The position numbers and the translations under genes are program-made. From Eubacterium sp. (GTDB lineage Bacteria; Bacillota; Clostridia; Lachnospirales; Lachnospiraceae), in assembly GCA_016292095.1 (NCBI GenBank), contig JAEFAB010000007.1, positions 41,240-105,239 on the forward strand: a stretch of 64,000 nucleotides of DNA, written 5' to 3'. Positions 1-9,486 of this stretch are shown here, piece after piece. The notes below the pieces were generated by a model. The model made no database searches. It saw only the letters and a program-made list of their open reading frames with translations, and was not told the origin of the DNA. The stretch's first letter is position 1. Every line of letters starts with the position of its first letter.

Positions 1-380
1 ACATTTTTTATCATAAAGAACGGCGCCGGTAGATGCGTCAATTAACACTGCAGTCTGAGCAAAAACATCCGGTTCCTTTGGCCACCCCTTAGCGTCCTTT
101 GCACCTTGCACAGAAGCAGTATTTCCGCTAAAAACAAACGATAAAGTAACTAAAAAAACTAATGCATAAGATAATATTTTTTTCATAATAACCTCGACTA
201 TATAATATTCCTAATTATTTTACATAAAAATCATATAAAAATCAACCAACAGCATTCAACAGTTTTGTAATGCCTTATATTGTATATAATACTTTTTCGG
301 AGAAAATGTAACAAAATAGGGAAAAACCTTGAAGAAGCAAGGAAAATATCGTAAACTATTGGGCAGATACCAAGAATGAA

Positions 381-1031
381 ATGGAGAAAACAATGAGATT
401 ACGAAATGTACCAGGGGCAAGAGAAGCAATTGCTGAAAGCCCAATGACAATTACAGAACCGGAAAAAAATAAAGGAAACTGGAAGGCGGTTTTTGAGAAT
501 GAAAATCCTCTTCGTATCGAAATCGGTATGGGAAAGGGAAACTTCATTATTCAGATGGCACAGGAAAATCCGGACATAAACTATATCGGGATTGAGAAGT
601 ATTCCAGTGTATTGATTCGGGCGATTGAAAAATGCGAAGAACTGGAACTGAAAAATCTCAAATTTATCCGAATGGATGCAGAATACATTTGTGATGTATT
701 TGATCAAGAAGAAGTGGATCGCATTTATTTGAACTTTTCGGATCCTTGGCCAAAGGATCGTCACGCAAAGAGAAGATTGACATCCAAGCAGTTCTTTGCA
801 AGATATGATCAGATATTAAAAGCAGACGGGATTGTAGAATTTAAGACGGATAACGATCAGCTTTTTGAATTCTCCTTAGAGCAGGTTCCGGAAGCAAACT
901 GGAAGATTGTAGATTCCACATGGGATTTGCACAACAATGAGGAACTTTGTAAAGGAAATATTATGACAGAATACGAAGCAAAGTTTTCTGCTATGGGAAA
1001 TCCAATTCACAAATTAATCGCAACAAGATAA
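381..1031 (+). CDS. trmB: tRNA (guanine-N7)-methyltransferase
   Basis: Motifs EIGMGKG, NFSDPWPKDRHAKRRLT, FKTDN, MTEYE. Confidence 0.95.
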   Translation: MEKTMRLRNVPGAREAIAESPMTITEPEKNKGNWKAVFENENPLRIEIGMGKGNFIIQMAQENPDINYIGIEKYSSVLIRAIEKCEELELKNLKFIRMDAEYICDVFDQEEVDRIYLNFSDPWPKDRHAKRRLTSKQFFARYDQILKADGIVEFKTDNDQLFEFSLEQVPEANWKIVDSTWDLHNNEELCKGNIMTEYEAKFSAMGNPIHKLIATR

Positions 1032-1035
1032 AAGA

Positions 1036-1062
1036 AAGGTCATTGCATAAAGCAATGACCTT
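1036..1062. terminator. Hairpin between convergent genes, likely bidirectional terminator
   Basis: AAGGTCATTGC-ataaa-GCAATGACCTT, 11-bp perfect stem. Confidence 0.7.
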
Positions 1063-1067
1063 AAAAT

Positions 1068-2336
1068 TTATTTCTTATCTTTTTTATCTTTCAGTTCTTT
1101 TGACTCTTTTGCAATTGGTGGCAACTTAATGTGTGGCTTATCCGGCTTAAGAACCGGCATATTCAACTGCTTCTTTGTTAAACGTTCGTCAACAATACTT
1201 TCCATAACCTTGGTTACCACTGCCAGACACGGAACGCCCAAGAACATTCCTGCAACACCGGCAAGCCATCCGCCTAAGGTAATAGCGAAAATAACCCACA
1301 GTGGACGAAGACCGGTAGAGTCTCCTAAAATCTTAGGACCAATAACATTTCCATCCAACTGCTGAATAATTAAAATCAGAATTGCAAAAATCAATCCGCT
1401 CTTCGGAGAATAAATTCCCAGTAAGAATACACAAGGAATGCCACCGAGGAAAGGCCCAAAGTAAGGAATCATATTTGTAACGCAAACGATAATACTAACC
1501 AAAAGAGCACAACTTGCATAACCCGGAATTCCAAAGAAGCTGATTACCAGCATACAAACAAAAGTCAAAAGGCCGATGATTAAGGAATCAATCATCTTAC
1601 CATCAATGAAATCACCGAAGGTAGTAATCGCCAAACGAATACCTTTGCACAACTTGGATGCCTTTTCTTCCGGAAGGAATGCATAAATAACACGCTTAAT
1701 GCTTCGCTTCTGTGCTTTCTTATCAAGCAGCAGGTAGCAGGAAACAATCATAGCAACGATAATGTTGAATAAATAACGTACTACCGTAACACCGGTAACC
1801 ACCAATGCAGAAGTAATGGAAGGTACCAGTTTGTTTAAAACATCCTGCACATAAGAATCAGCATTTCCAAAAGAAGAAATCACAAAATCAAGATTCAGGT
1901 TCGGATGTTTGTCTGCGTAGTCATTCAAAAAAATCAAAATGGAATCTGCCCATTCCGGAACCCGGTCAACGAACAACGTCAAACTGGCAATGATTTCCGG
2001 AATAATATAAATCAATCCCACAACCATAGCAGAAACTACTATTAAATAGGAAATAATAATTGCGATAATATTAGCCAAAATACGATTAGAAACGTGGAAC
2101 CACTTCATTAAAACCGTATTGCGAATCCAATTCACTAACGGATTCATTAATAATGCGAAAATAACACCAATTAAAAACGGAGAAATCGCAGAAAGAAAAC
2201 TGTCGATTACCGCAAAAGAATCTTTCCAAAAGAAAAGTAACTTGATCATTAGAGCAATAATCAAAGAAGTAACAACGGTGTAAATTGCAATTGTGAAATA
2301 ATCACTGTTTGCCATAAATGTGTTTTTCTTAGTCAT
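1068..2336 (-). CDS. AI-2E (PerM) family membrane transporter
   Basis: Multi-TM; IPYFGPFLG, QQLDGNVIGPKILGDSTGLRPLWVIFAITLGG motifs. Confidence 0.9.
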   Translation of the reverse strand: MTKKNTFMANSDYFTIAIYTVVTSLIIALMIKLLFFWKDSFAVIDSFLSAISPFLIGVIFALLMNPLVNWIRNTVLMKWFHVSNRILANIIAIIISYLIVVSAMVVGLIYIIPEIIASLTLFVDRVPEWADSILIFLNDYADKHPNLNLDFVISSFGNADSYVQDVLNKLVPSITSALVVTGVTVVRYLFNIIVAMIVSCYLLLDKKAQKRSIKRVIYAFLPEEKASKLCKGIRLAITTFGDFIDGKMIDSLIIGLLTFVCMLVISFFGIPGYASCALLVSIIVCVTNMIPYFGPFLGGIPCVFLLGIYSPKSGLIFAILILIIQQLDGNVIGPKILGDSTGLRPLWVIFAITLGGWLAGVAGMFLGVPCLAVVTKVMESIVDERLTKKQLNMPVLKPDKPHIKLPPIAKESKELKDKKDKK

Positions 2337-2508
2337 AAAACAATCTCCCTTGAATTCATCATTATAAGTATAAGTACAATTGAAAAATAAAACAACCCAA
2401 AAGCCCGGAAATCCTATACAAATATAGTATAATCGGTAATAAAAAAAGCATACATAAACAATAATGTAAGAAATATGAAGAAAAAATGAATATTTTTTAA
2501 AAAAGAGG

Positions 2509-2537
2509 TTGCAATTTTTGAATGATAGATATATAAT
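2509..2537 (+). promoter_or_regulatory. Sigma-A promoter for tRNA-Lys
   Basis: TTGCAA(2509-2514)-17 nt-TATAAT(2532-2537). Confidence 0.65.
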
Positions 2538-2574
2538 AACACTTGTCGTTACTGAGGAACGACTTAAATAAAAC

Positions 2575-2647
2575 GCGCCTCTAGCTCATTTGGTAGAGCA
2601 CCTGACTCTTAATCAGGGTGTGCAGGGTTCGAGCCCCTGGAGGCGCA
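2575..2647 (+). tRNA. tRNA-Lys (anticodon CTT)
   Basis: Acceptor GCGCCTC/GAGGCGC, D-arm GCTC/GAGC, anticodon arm CCTGA-CTCTTAA-TCAGG, T-loop GGTTCGAG; CCA not encoded. Confidence 0.97.
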
Positions 2648-2698
2648 CGCGGGTACCGGTTTGGGCATTAAATTGTCTGGGTTGGTACTTTTTTTGTG
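2613..2698 (+). repeat. attL, 86-bp direct repeat (3' half of tRNA-Lys plus downstream hairpin/T-run)
   Basis: TCAGGGTGTGCAGGGTTCG...GGTACTTTTTTTGTG identical to 15447-15532. Confidence 0.95.
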
Positions 2699-2828
2699 CA
2701 TTCTTCGCAAACACTGATAAATAAAGGGATTGCGGAGTTTTTTATTTTCCTGAAAACGCTATTTTTAGATTTAAAAATGAAAAATGCCAGTAGGAAAAGG
2801 GTTCGAAAAAATGCATAATTATGTAAAC

Positions 2829-2861
2829 CTTCCCACAAATCTTCCCACAAGTTGTGGGAAG
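2829..2861. repeat. Putative integrase arm-type binding sites, left end
   Basis: CTTCCCACAA twice (2829, 2841) plus inverted TTGTGGGAAG (2852-2861); another copy at 15297 near attR. Confidence 0.65.
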
Positions 2862-2940
2862 ACTGCTATTTTTCATTTTATAATTTTATATTAATTTATA
2901 ACCTATTTTATAATTTTTGAATTTATTCCCTATCAAAGAA

Positions 2941-4308
2941 TCAACTTGAAATAGCATTCTCAAATATATTGATTGCTTTCTTTCTTGATTTTTCTGTTAC
3001 ATGAGAATAAGTATTTAATGTGATTTTTACATCTGAATGTCCAAGTAGAGCCTGTACGTCTTTAACGTTGGCACCATTTAATACTAAAGTTGAAGCATAA
3101 GTATGTCTCAAGCAGTGAAAATGAAAATGGCTAATATCCGGTAGATTTTTCTGCACGACTTTGTTACACCATTTTAGCGTCTGAGTGGTCATCAATTCTC
3201 CATCTTGTTTTGTGCAAACAAAATGTAAAGGCTGCAATGCAGAGTTATCTGAAAACTCATCTATATGAATCCCATGACAGAAGCGGGTCGTATTCTTGAT
3301 ATAAGCCTGATTATAGTTTGTATAAATCTGGCAGTGTGTTTTTCCACGCACTTCTTTATTGCAATAAAAATGAGTTTGATATAGTTCCCCATATAGAGTT
3401 TTAAGTTTCTCCTGATTGCGTTTCGCCATAATAAGAATAGTAGCAAGACTGTCTCCGAAATCAATTGCTCGTGGCTTACCGTTTTTTGGAACTTTTAATT
3501 CCCAAGTTTTCAAATCCTTATCGTAGTACATGGAACGTCTAACATAGAGAACTTGATTTTCAAAATCTATATCTTCCCAAGTAAGTCCACATACTTCTCC
3601 GGCACGCATTCCGGTATGATAAGCAATCTGAATGGGTAAAGTCAGATAACAGTAATCTTCGACAGAGGATAAATAACTAGTAATACGTAAGTATTCCCCA
3701 TGAGTGATTGTCTGTATTTTATTGCCTGTATCTTCACCGAATAAAGAGTTTTCTTTTGTAATTTTTCTCTTTTTAACATACTGCATTAAATTTTCTCTAA
3801 GAAGTTTCTTAGGGTAAACTGCAAACTTAAACATGTTATTGAGAACCAGAAAGAATTTTCTCATAGTCGCTTTGGCATAGGGTTTAGCGATTTGATTACC
3901 ATCTTCATCATAGAAGCCAAAGTATAGCCCGTCTACATATTGTTGAATATCTTCAATAGTTAAATCTGATAATTTGATTTCAGAAAATGGATTATTATGG
4001 ATGTTATTAATTGTATTTTTATATCCGTATTTTCCATTTGTTGTTAAATCGCTGTTCGCAATCTCAGCATCATACCACATATCTGCTAATTGCCCAACAG
4101 TAAGTGATCCTGAATAAAATACAGAACCATCCTTACGATATTCCGCTAATGCTTGGTTTAACATAAATTTTGTTTCGGCTTTTGTTTTTCCACCTTTAAA
4201 TTCATGCATTTTCCAAGTGCCATCTTGCTCTTTAATTCTAAAGCGGTAGTACCATTGTGATCCTTTCTGTCTTATACTTCCTGTTTGTAAAGATTCAAAA
4301 TTATTCAT
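2941..4308 (-). CDS. int: Tyrosine recombinase/integrase (Tn916-like)
   Basis: TGMRAGE, HCLRHTYAS, LLGHS, TLNTYSHV catalytic R-H-R-H-Y; adjacent to attL. Confidence 0.95.
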   Translation of the reverse strand: MNNFESLQTGSIRQKGSQWYYRFRIKEQDGTWKMHEFKGGKTKAETKFMLNQALAEYRKDGSVFYSGSLTVGQLADMWYDAEIANSDLTTNGKYGYKNTINNIHNNPFSEIKLSDLTIEDIQQYVDGLYFGFYDEDGNQIAKPYAKATMRKFFLVLNNMFKFAVYPKKLLRENLMQYVKKRKITKENSLFGEDTGNKIQTITHGEYLRITSYLSSVEDYCYLTLPIQIAYHTGMRAGEVCGLTWEDIDFENQVLYVRRSMYYDKDLKTWELKVPKNGKPRAIDFGDSLATILIMAKRNQEKLKTLYGELYQTHFYCNKEVRGKTHCQIYTNYNQAYIKNTTRFCHGIHIDEFSDNSALQPLHFVCTKQDGELMTTQTLKWCNKVVQKNLPDISHFHFHCLRHTYASTLVLNGANVKDVQALLGHSDVKITLNTYSHVTEKSRKKAINIFENAISS

Positions 4309-4433
4309 ATTCCTTCCTTTCCAAGTTAAGAACTTGGGAAAAGGATTTTAGGTTTAAATATCATTTCATCAAGTTTTTAACTTTATTTTATTTATTCATA
4401 AGATACACCTCCTTAAAAATTTTATTTACGTTA

Positions 4434-5036
4434 TTAATGAAGTTTTAATAATGCATCTAATCTGTTATTAGCTACATCAGGATTTTTTGAATAAGTTCTG
4501 ATGATATCACTGATTTCACTAAAAGTATTGATTGTATGTGTTATTTCTCTTAAAAACATTACTTCATTAAATTCATTTGATGAACTGAAACCAATTGTTT
4601 CGGCAAAGGAATTATTCTCATTATCAGTATATTTGGAAAGTGCTATTCCAAAAGACTGATTAAAATCGGTATATTCCTTCAATAAAAGTAGAAGAATGTT
4701 TTTAGAAAATAATGAGGCATTTTCTTCTAAATCATTAGGAACAGATTTTAAAGCTGTATTGAATGAATCAATAAGCTTCAGTTCCATATAATCTTCAATA
4801 TCAGAATTTAATTCTGATGTTTCTCCACGTAACCATTCCGGTGTAGTGTGAAGTATTTCTGCAAGACTGTCCAAAACTATTTTTTTGGAATTATCAATTA
4901 ATCCTGCTTCATATCTTTGAGCTGTAGAAATATTTACACCCATCTTATCGGCGATATATCCTAAGTTCAAATTTAATTCTTTACGTCTTTCTTTCATGCG
5001 CTTACCAATTGTGGCACATAATTGTTTATCTCTCAT
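4434..5036 (-). CDS. XRE-family HTH repressor with unknown C-terminal domain
   Basis: N-terminal HTH_3 pattern (RRKELNLNLGYIADKMGVNISTAQRYEAG); divergent from xis. Confidence 0.8.
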   Translation of the reverse strand: MRDKQLCATIGKRMKERRKELNLNLGYIADKMGVNISTAQRYEAGLIDNSKKIVLDSLAEILHTTPEWLRGETSELNSDIEDYMELKLIDSFNTALKSVPNDLEENASLFSKNILLLLLKEYTDFNQSFGIALSKYTDNENNSFAETIGFSSSNEFNEVMFLREITHTINTFSEISDIIRTYSKNPDVANNRLDALLKLH

Positions 5037-5084
5037 AAGAATAAACTCCTCTCATATAAGATAAAAATACTATAACACATAAAA

Positions 5085-5182
5085 TTGCATAATGCAAGAT
5101 AAGAAATAAAATAAATTTGCAAAAACTATTGACATTAAAGAAAATGCGATTTATATTATTATAAAATAATTGCAATATGCAA
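5085..5182. promoter_or_regulatory. Divergent control region: xis promoter flanked by two palindromic operators
   Basis: TTGACA(5129-5134)-17-TATATT(5152-5157); TTGCATAATGCAA (5085-5097) and TTGCAATATGCAA (5170-5182). Confidence 0.6.
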
Positions 5183-5202
5183 GTAAGAAAGAAGGTGATA
5201 TT

Positions 5203-5418
5203 ATGCAGAACACAAAATTAGCCTATACAGTAGAAGAAGCTTCAATTTCTACAGGTATAGGGAAGAATACTTTAAGAACTTTAATTGAATGGAAGAAAAT
5301 TCCTGTTATTAAAGTTGGAAGAAAGTTTCTTATTAAAAGAGATGTTCTTGAAAAATTTCTTTCGAAGAACGAAGGAAGAGATTTAAGAAGCAGAAATAAC
5401 GTTGAAGCAATTAAATAA
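5203..5418 (+). CDS. xis: Excisionase-like HTH protein
   Basis: LAYTVEEASISTGIGKNTLRTLIEWKKIPVIKVGRKFLI (HTH_17-like); ATG 5203 after GAAGGTG. Confidence 0.8.
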   Translation: MQNTKLAYTVEEASISTGIGKNTLRTLIEWKKIPVIKVGRKFLIKRDVLEKFLSKNEGRDLRSRNNVEAIK

Positions 5419-5433
5419 TAGGAGGTAGAGAAA

Positions 5434-5742
5434 ATGGCAAAAAGAACTTTTGAAGAAAGACTTAACGAACTTTCAAAAAAGCAAACGGCATATTTGGAGA
5501 AAGCAAATAACCTAAGCCAACAGATTAAAGTTTTAGAAAAGAAAGAAGCCGAAGAAAATCGTAAAAAGAGAAATCATAGATTGATTGAAGTAGGTGCGGC
5601 TGTTGAATCTGTTTTAGGTAGTCCCATTGAAGAAAAGGATATTCCAAAGTTAATCGGTTTTTTAAAGAAACAGGAAGCAAATGGTAATTATTTTTCGATA
5701 GCAATGGGAGTAAAAGAAAGAAATGATAATTCAAATATGTAA
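5434..5742 (+). CDS. Coiled-coil mobilization accessory protein (DUF3847-like)
   Basis: RKKRNHRLIEVGAAVESVLG motif typical of small proteins upstream of MobA/MobL; strong RBS. Confidence 0.6.
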   Translation: MAKRTFEERLNELSKKQTAYLEKANNLSQQIKVLEKKEAEENRKKRNHRLIEVGAAVESVLGSPIEEKDIPKLIGFLKKQEANGNYFSIAMGVKERNDNSNM

Positions 5743-5790
5743 GTTGTGAGAAGGGAGTAGATGTTTTTCTATTCCCTTCTTTTTGGTAGA

Positions 5791-5829
5791 AGGGCGCACT
5801 TATATGTGGGCGTAGCCCACATTGTATAA
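5791..5829 (-). other. MOBQ-type oriT
   Basis: Minus strand reads TAAGTGCGCCCT (5791-5802), the MOBQ nic consensus, next to inverted repeat ATGTGGGC-gta-GCCCACAT (5804-5822). Confidence 0.85.
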
Positions 5830-5988
5830 GCGCGATCCTATGCGGATGGCACCACTTCGTGGAGACTCTTGCGCAGAGGGCGGTCTTCACGCAGACGGCG
5901 TGTCATATCGCTAATGAGATGATTCGACCATGTCAGCTCGAATCCAGAGCCACATGGATGCAATATTGTAGAAAGGAGTTGATGCGAT

Positions 5989-7539
5989 ATGTCAATATAT
6001 CATTGTTCAATTAAAATAATTAATCGCGCAGGCGGTCGAAGTGCAGTTGCATCAGCTGCCTACCGCTCAGGTGAAAAATTGCACAATGATGAAACAGGAC
6101 TCACTCATGATTTTACAAAAAAAGGCGGAGTCATTATGAACGAAATTATATTGCCGGTTAATGCACCGGAAGAATTTCGTAATCGTGAGTACCTGTGGAA
6201 TGAAGTGCAAAAAATTGAGAAAAGAAATGACGCACAGTTTGCAAGAGAAATTGAAGTGGCTCTTCCTGTAGAAATGAATAGGGAAGAACAAATAGAGTGT
6301 GTAAGGAATTATATAAAAGAAAATTTCACAAGCAAAGGAATGATTGCAGACTGGGCACTTCACGATAAAGGGGACGGTAATCCTCATGCTCATATAATGC
6401 TTACAGTTAGAGAATTAGATTCTAATAAAAAGTGGATGGCAAAACAAAAATCTGTTTTTGCAAATGCAAGGGATAAAGAGGGCAGACCAATTTATAATCC
6501 GGAGTTGCCTTCGTACAATCCAAAAGATAAAGATGCAACAGAGAAATATCGTATTCCAAAACTTGACGAAAGAGGAAAGCAAAAAGTCAGAGTCAGGGAA
6601 GGTAAAGGAACAGAGCTTCTTTGGGAAAAAGTAACCATTCCATCTAATGACTGGAATGACAGGAAGAATGCAGAAGTCTGGAGAGAGTCCTGGGCAAAGC
6701 AATGTAACAGATTTTTGGATAAAGACAATCAGATTGACCATAGAAGTTATGAGAGACAGGGACTTGATATCATGCCATCAATTCATGAAGGTGTTACGGC
6801 AAGAAAGATGGAAGCAGACGGAAAAGTTGCAGATCGCTGTCAGATAAACAGAGATATTAAAGAACTAAATTTTATAAGAGGGCAGCTTAAACAATTGGCA
6901 AAAGAAATCACGGAGCTTATTACAGAGAAAGCGAGGGCAATCTATGACAGATTTAAAGAATTTAGAAGAAGTATTGGAGATGTTAAACGCTCAGGAACAG
7001 ATGGTGGAGATACTGGAAAATCAGCAGACAGAAATAGAGTCTCTGATGATGGAAAATCAGAAGCTGAAAGAAGAACTGGACGAATCGCTGAAACTAGGAG
7101 AGCAGTTGACGAAGCAATTAAAGAAACAGAACTTACAGATAGAGACATTGAAGAAACAGATAGCAGAATATCAAAGCTTAAACAGTTAATTAAAGAAAAG
7201 GAGGTAAATCGAGATGACAGACTTAAGAAACTCAAACAGAGAAGACGAGCTTCTAGTAATGCTGGAAGAAATGCAGGATCAGATAGAGACGCTTACGAAA
7301 AATCTGGAAACAGAGACTTACAAAAACTTAGAGTGCAGCAAGATGATATCAGAACTTTCATCAGCGAACTCAGAGATGAAGAAAGAGCTTCTAAAGAAAA
7401 GCGAGACAATAAAATCCTTGAACGACACGATAGGGAAGTTGAGCGAAAGCGACTTGATTCTGAGAGAAAACGAAGAATTGAAGAAACAGAATCTGATATT
7501 AGAGATAAGCGAGTTAAACGCAAGGAAAGAAGCCGATGA
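5989..7539 (+). CDS. mobA: MobA/MobL (MOBQ) relaxase
   Basis: MSIYHCSIKII..RSAVASAAYRSG, FAREIEVALP, WALHDKGDGNPHAHIMLT (HUH), IDHRSYERQG. Confidence 0.93.
   Translation: MSIYHCSIKIINRAGGRSAVASAAYRSGEKLHNDETGLTHDFTKKGGVIMNEIILPVNAPEEFRNREYLWNEVQKIEKRNDAQFAREIEVALPVEMNREEQIECVRNYIKENFTSKGMIADWALHDKGDGNPHAHIMLTVRELDSNKKWMAKQKSVFANARDKEGRPIYNPELPSYNPKDKDATEKYRIPKLDERGKQKVRVREGKGTELLWEKVTIPSNDWNDRKNAEVWRESWAKQCNRFLDKDNQIDHRSYERQGLDIMPSIHEGVTARKMEADGKVADRCQINRDIKELNFIRGQLKQLAKEITELITEKARAIYDRFKEFRRSIGDVKRSGTDGGDTGKSADRNRVSDDGKSEAERRTGRIAETRRAVDEAIKETELTDRDIEETDSRISKLKQLIKEKEVNRDDRLKKLKQRRRASSNAGRNAGSDRDAYEKSGNRDLQKLRVQQDDIRTFISELRDEERASKEKRDNKILERHDREVERKRLDSERKRRIEETESDIRDKRVKRKERSR
6944..7189 (+). 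CDS. Small coiled-coil protein nested in the +1 frame of the relaxase
   Basis: 81-aa heptad-rich ORF, GAGGG upstream; starts MTDL like the 7214 ORF. Confidence 0.45.
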   Translation: MTDLKNLEEVLEMLNAQEQMVEILENQQTEIESLMMENQKLKEELDESLKLGEQLTKQLKKQNLQIETLKKQIAEYQSLNS

Positions 7540-8203
7540 GAAATTAAAAGAATTAGAAAACAGAGAGCAGAAGGTCGTATCTCAGGAAAAGGAACTTGCT
7601 GACAGACAAAAACATCAAAGAACAGAAGTAAACAAAAAGGTTGAGAAGAAACTTACTGAAAAGGAAAGAGAGTTACTGCTTTCATATGATAGATATGAAA
7701 GCAACTTGGAAACGAAGTATAGAATACTTGAAAGAAAATATATGTCAGGATTTATTTTATCTTTAGTTTATGGAATTGTAGTTACCTTAATTCAGATGTT
7801 CAAAAGTGAAGTTTTCAAAACAGAATTGATGGACTTTGGGAAAGCGATAGTAAATACTGGCGTGTGGATTACGCACCGTTTCACCGATTTGATTGATATA
7901 ATTTATGGAATGAAGTTAACTGGGAATGAAATAGGAGATAAAACTATAAGTAGTACTTTAATATTGATGCTAATATTTTTAATAATTCTTTCAATCGATT
8001 TTCTAAGGAAAAGAGTTAAGAAATTTATTAGGGGGATAAAAGGAATAGCAGATAAATCTTTGTTAGAGATGATGTTAATAATTTTAATGGGGAATATGGT
8101 GTTTTGTGATTGGATAAAGGAAATCTTATCAATCAATCTCATCGCATCAATAATTTTTGAGTGCGGGACTGTGTTATTGATTAGAAAAAATTTATTACTT
8201 TAG
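7214..8203 (+). CDS. Coiled-coil plus C-terminal TM protein overlapping the relaxase 3' end (DUF6040-like)
   Basis: AAGGAGGT RBS; 326-nt overlap with relaxase; C-terminal hydrophobic helices. Confidence 0.7.
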   Translation: MTDLRNSNREDELLVMLEEMQDQIETLTKNLETETYKNLECSKMISELSSANSEMKKELLKKSETIKSLNDTIGKLSESDLILRENEELKKQNLILEISELNARKEADEKLKELENREQKVVSQEKELADRQKHQRTEVNKKVEKKLTEKERELLLSYDRYESNLETKYRILERKYMSGFILSLVYGIVVTLIQMFKSEVFKTELMDFGKAIVNTGVWITHRFTDLIDIIYGMKLTGNEIGDKTISSTLILMLIFLIILSIDFLRKRVKKFIRGIKGIADKSLLEMMLIILMGNMVFCDWIKEILSINLIASIIFECGTVLLIRKNLLL

Positions 8204-8222
8204 GTCTATTATTTTACATTAA

Positions 8223-8251
8223 TTGACATAAAATTAAGCATATGATAAAAT
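8223..8251 (+). promoter_or_regulatory. Sigma-A promoter of the cargo operon
   Basis: TTGACA(8223-8228)-17-TAAAAT(8246-8251) with extended TG. Confidence 0.7.
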
Positions 8252-8311
8252 ACATAAAGTTGAACGTACAGAAGATATGTTTGATAATATTGAAGAAGAG
8301 AGGCAAACATC

Positions 8312-8737
8312 ATGATTAAAAAACTCTCAGTGCTAATGATTGCTTTAATGGTGTTTATGGGTGTGATGACACAGACATATGCTGCTGGAAATTACAAAGA
8401 CACAAAATTCAAATTTTCCTTTACTGCATATTCTCCGTATATGGGACAAATGACAGAGACTCGTGCGAAAAAGGACAAAACTTCATCATATATGAAGTGT
8501 GAAAAAGCAAGTCATTCATATGATGCCGAGGTATACGCTGTAAATCCTAAAGGTAAAATGGCAATTGAATATTATGTGCCAGTAAACAGTCCAGTGTACA
8601 TTATGAAAAAAGGTGATGCAAAATACTTGGTTAATTATGTTAGAGAAAAAGGCTATAAAAATGCATGTATAAGAGTTGACGGAAGATATGCAGGCAAATA
8701 TACTGTGTCTGGATTATGGAGTCCAGATAGTATCTAA
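8312..8737 (+). CDS. Small basic secreted protein ending WSPDSI (DUF2712-like, putative bacteriocin-like)
   Basis: Sec signal peptide (..TQTYAA), Lys/Tyr-rich mature part, C-terminal SGLWSPDS; family assignment from memory. Confidence 0.6.
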   Translation: MIKKLSVLMIALMVFMGVMTQTYAAGNYKDTKFKFSFTAYSPYMGQMTETRAKKDKTSSYMKCEKASHSYDAEVYAVNPKGKMAIEYYVPVNSPVYIMKKGDAKYLVNYVREKGYKNACIRVDGRYAGKYTVSGLWSPDSI

Positions 8738-8743
8738 GAATAT

Positions 8744-8775
8744 AAAGTCCATGTTGTAAAGACATGGACTTTTAT
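8744..8775 (+). terminator. Intra-operon stem-loop after the secreted protein gene
   Basis: AAAGTCCATGT/ACATGGACTTT followed by T-rich tail. Confidence 0.65.
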
Positions 8776-8808
8776 TTAGCAGAAGAAAATGATGTTTGAG
8801 GAAAAGTA

Positions 8809-9486
8809 ATGAAAAAAATATTAACGTTGTGTATATGTATTGTATTTTTGGTAGGGTGCACTTCAAATAAAAAGGTAGAAAAAGAAAAAGAAAAAGAAAG
8901 TGAAAAGAGAACAATTAATTTTGTTATGGAAACGGAAACGGAGGAAGAAAGTGCAGAATACGAAAGAATTGGAGCGTTTAATCAAGTAGTTGATGAAGAG
9001 AATATTTTCGAATTAAATGATAGTATTAATTTTGACGGAATAATTTATTCTAATATTTCGGTCGAGTATTCAAAAGAATTACCTAAAAATGTAAGCAAAG
9101 ATGAGGTTACATATTTTGAAGAAAAGGCTAATGATAAGGGTAAACTAATAGATGATAATTATTATATTATTTGTAAAATAACAATTGAGAATAATACTAA
9201 AAAGGCATATGAAGTTGATTTGAGTGGAGGAAAATTTGCGGTATTGGATGAAAATAATGCGGTATATGATTCTTCGCAAGAATTGAGATATAGGAGCGGT
9301 TATTTACAAACAGAAAGTGATAAGAATTATTACTTTTCAACGCTTGGTTCGAATGAAAAGAAAGAATTTTTGTTATGTTACATTGTGAACGAAAGTATTT
9401 TGAAATCTGATAATTTATATTATGTATTAAATCCAAATGGAGAGGCCGCTGGAATTGCTAAATTGATGGCGTATAGGGTGAAATAA
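8809..9486 (+). CDS. Acidic lipoprotein of unknown function
   Basis: Lipobox FLVGC after a basic-hydrophobic leader. Confidence 0.7.
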   Translation: MKKILTLCICIVFLVGCTSNKKVEKEKEKESEKRTINFVMETETEEESAEYERIGAFNQVVDEENIFELNDSINFDGIIYSNISVEYSKELPKNVSKDEVTYFEEKANDKGKLIDDNYYIICKITIENNTKKAYEVDLSGGKFAVLDENNAVYDSSQELRYRSGYLQTESDKNYYFSTLGSNEKKEFLLCYIVNESILKSDNLYYVLNPNGEAAGIAKLMAYRVK

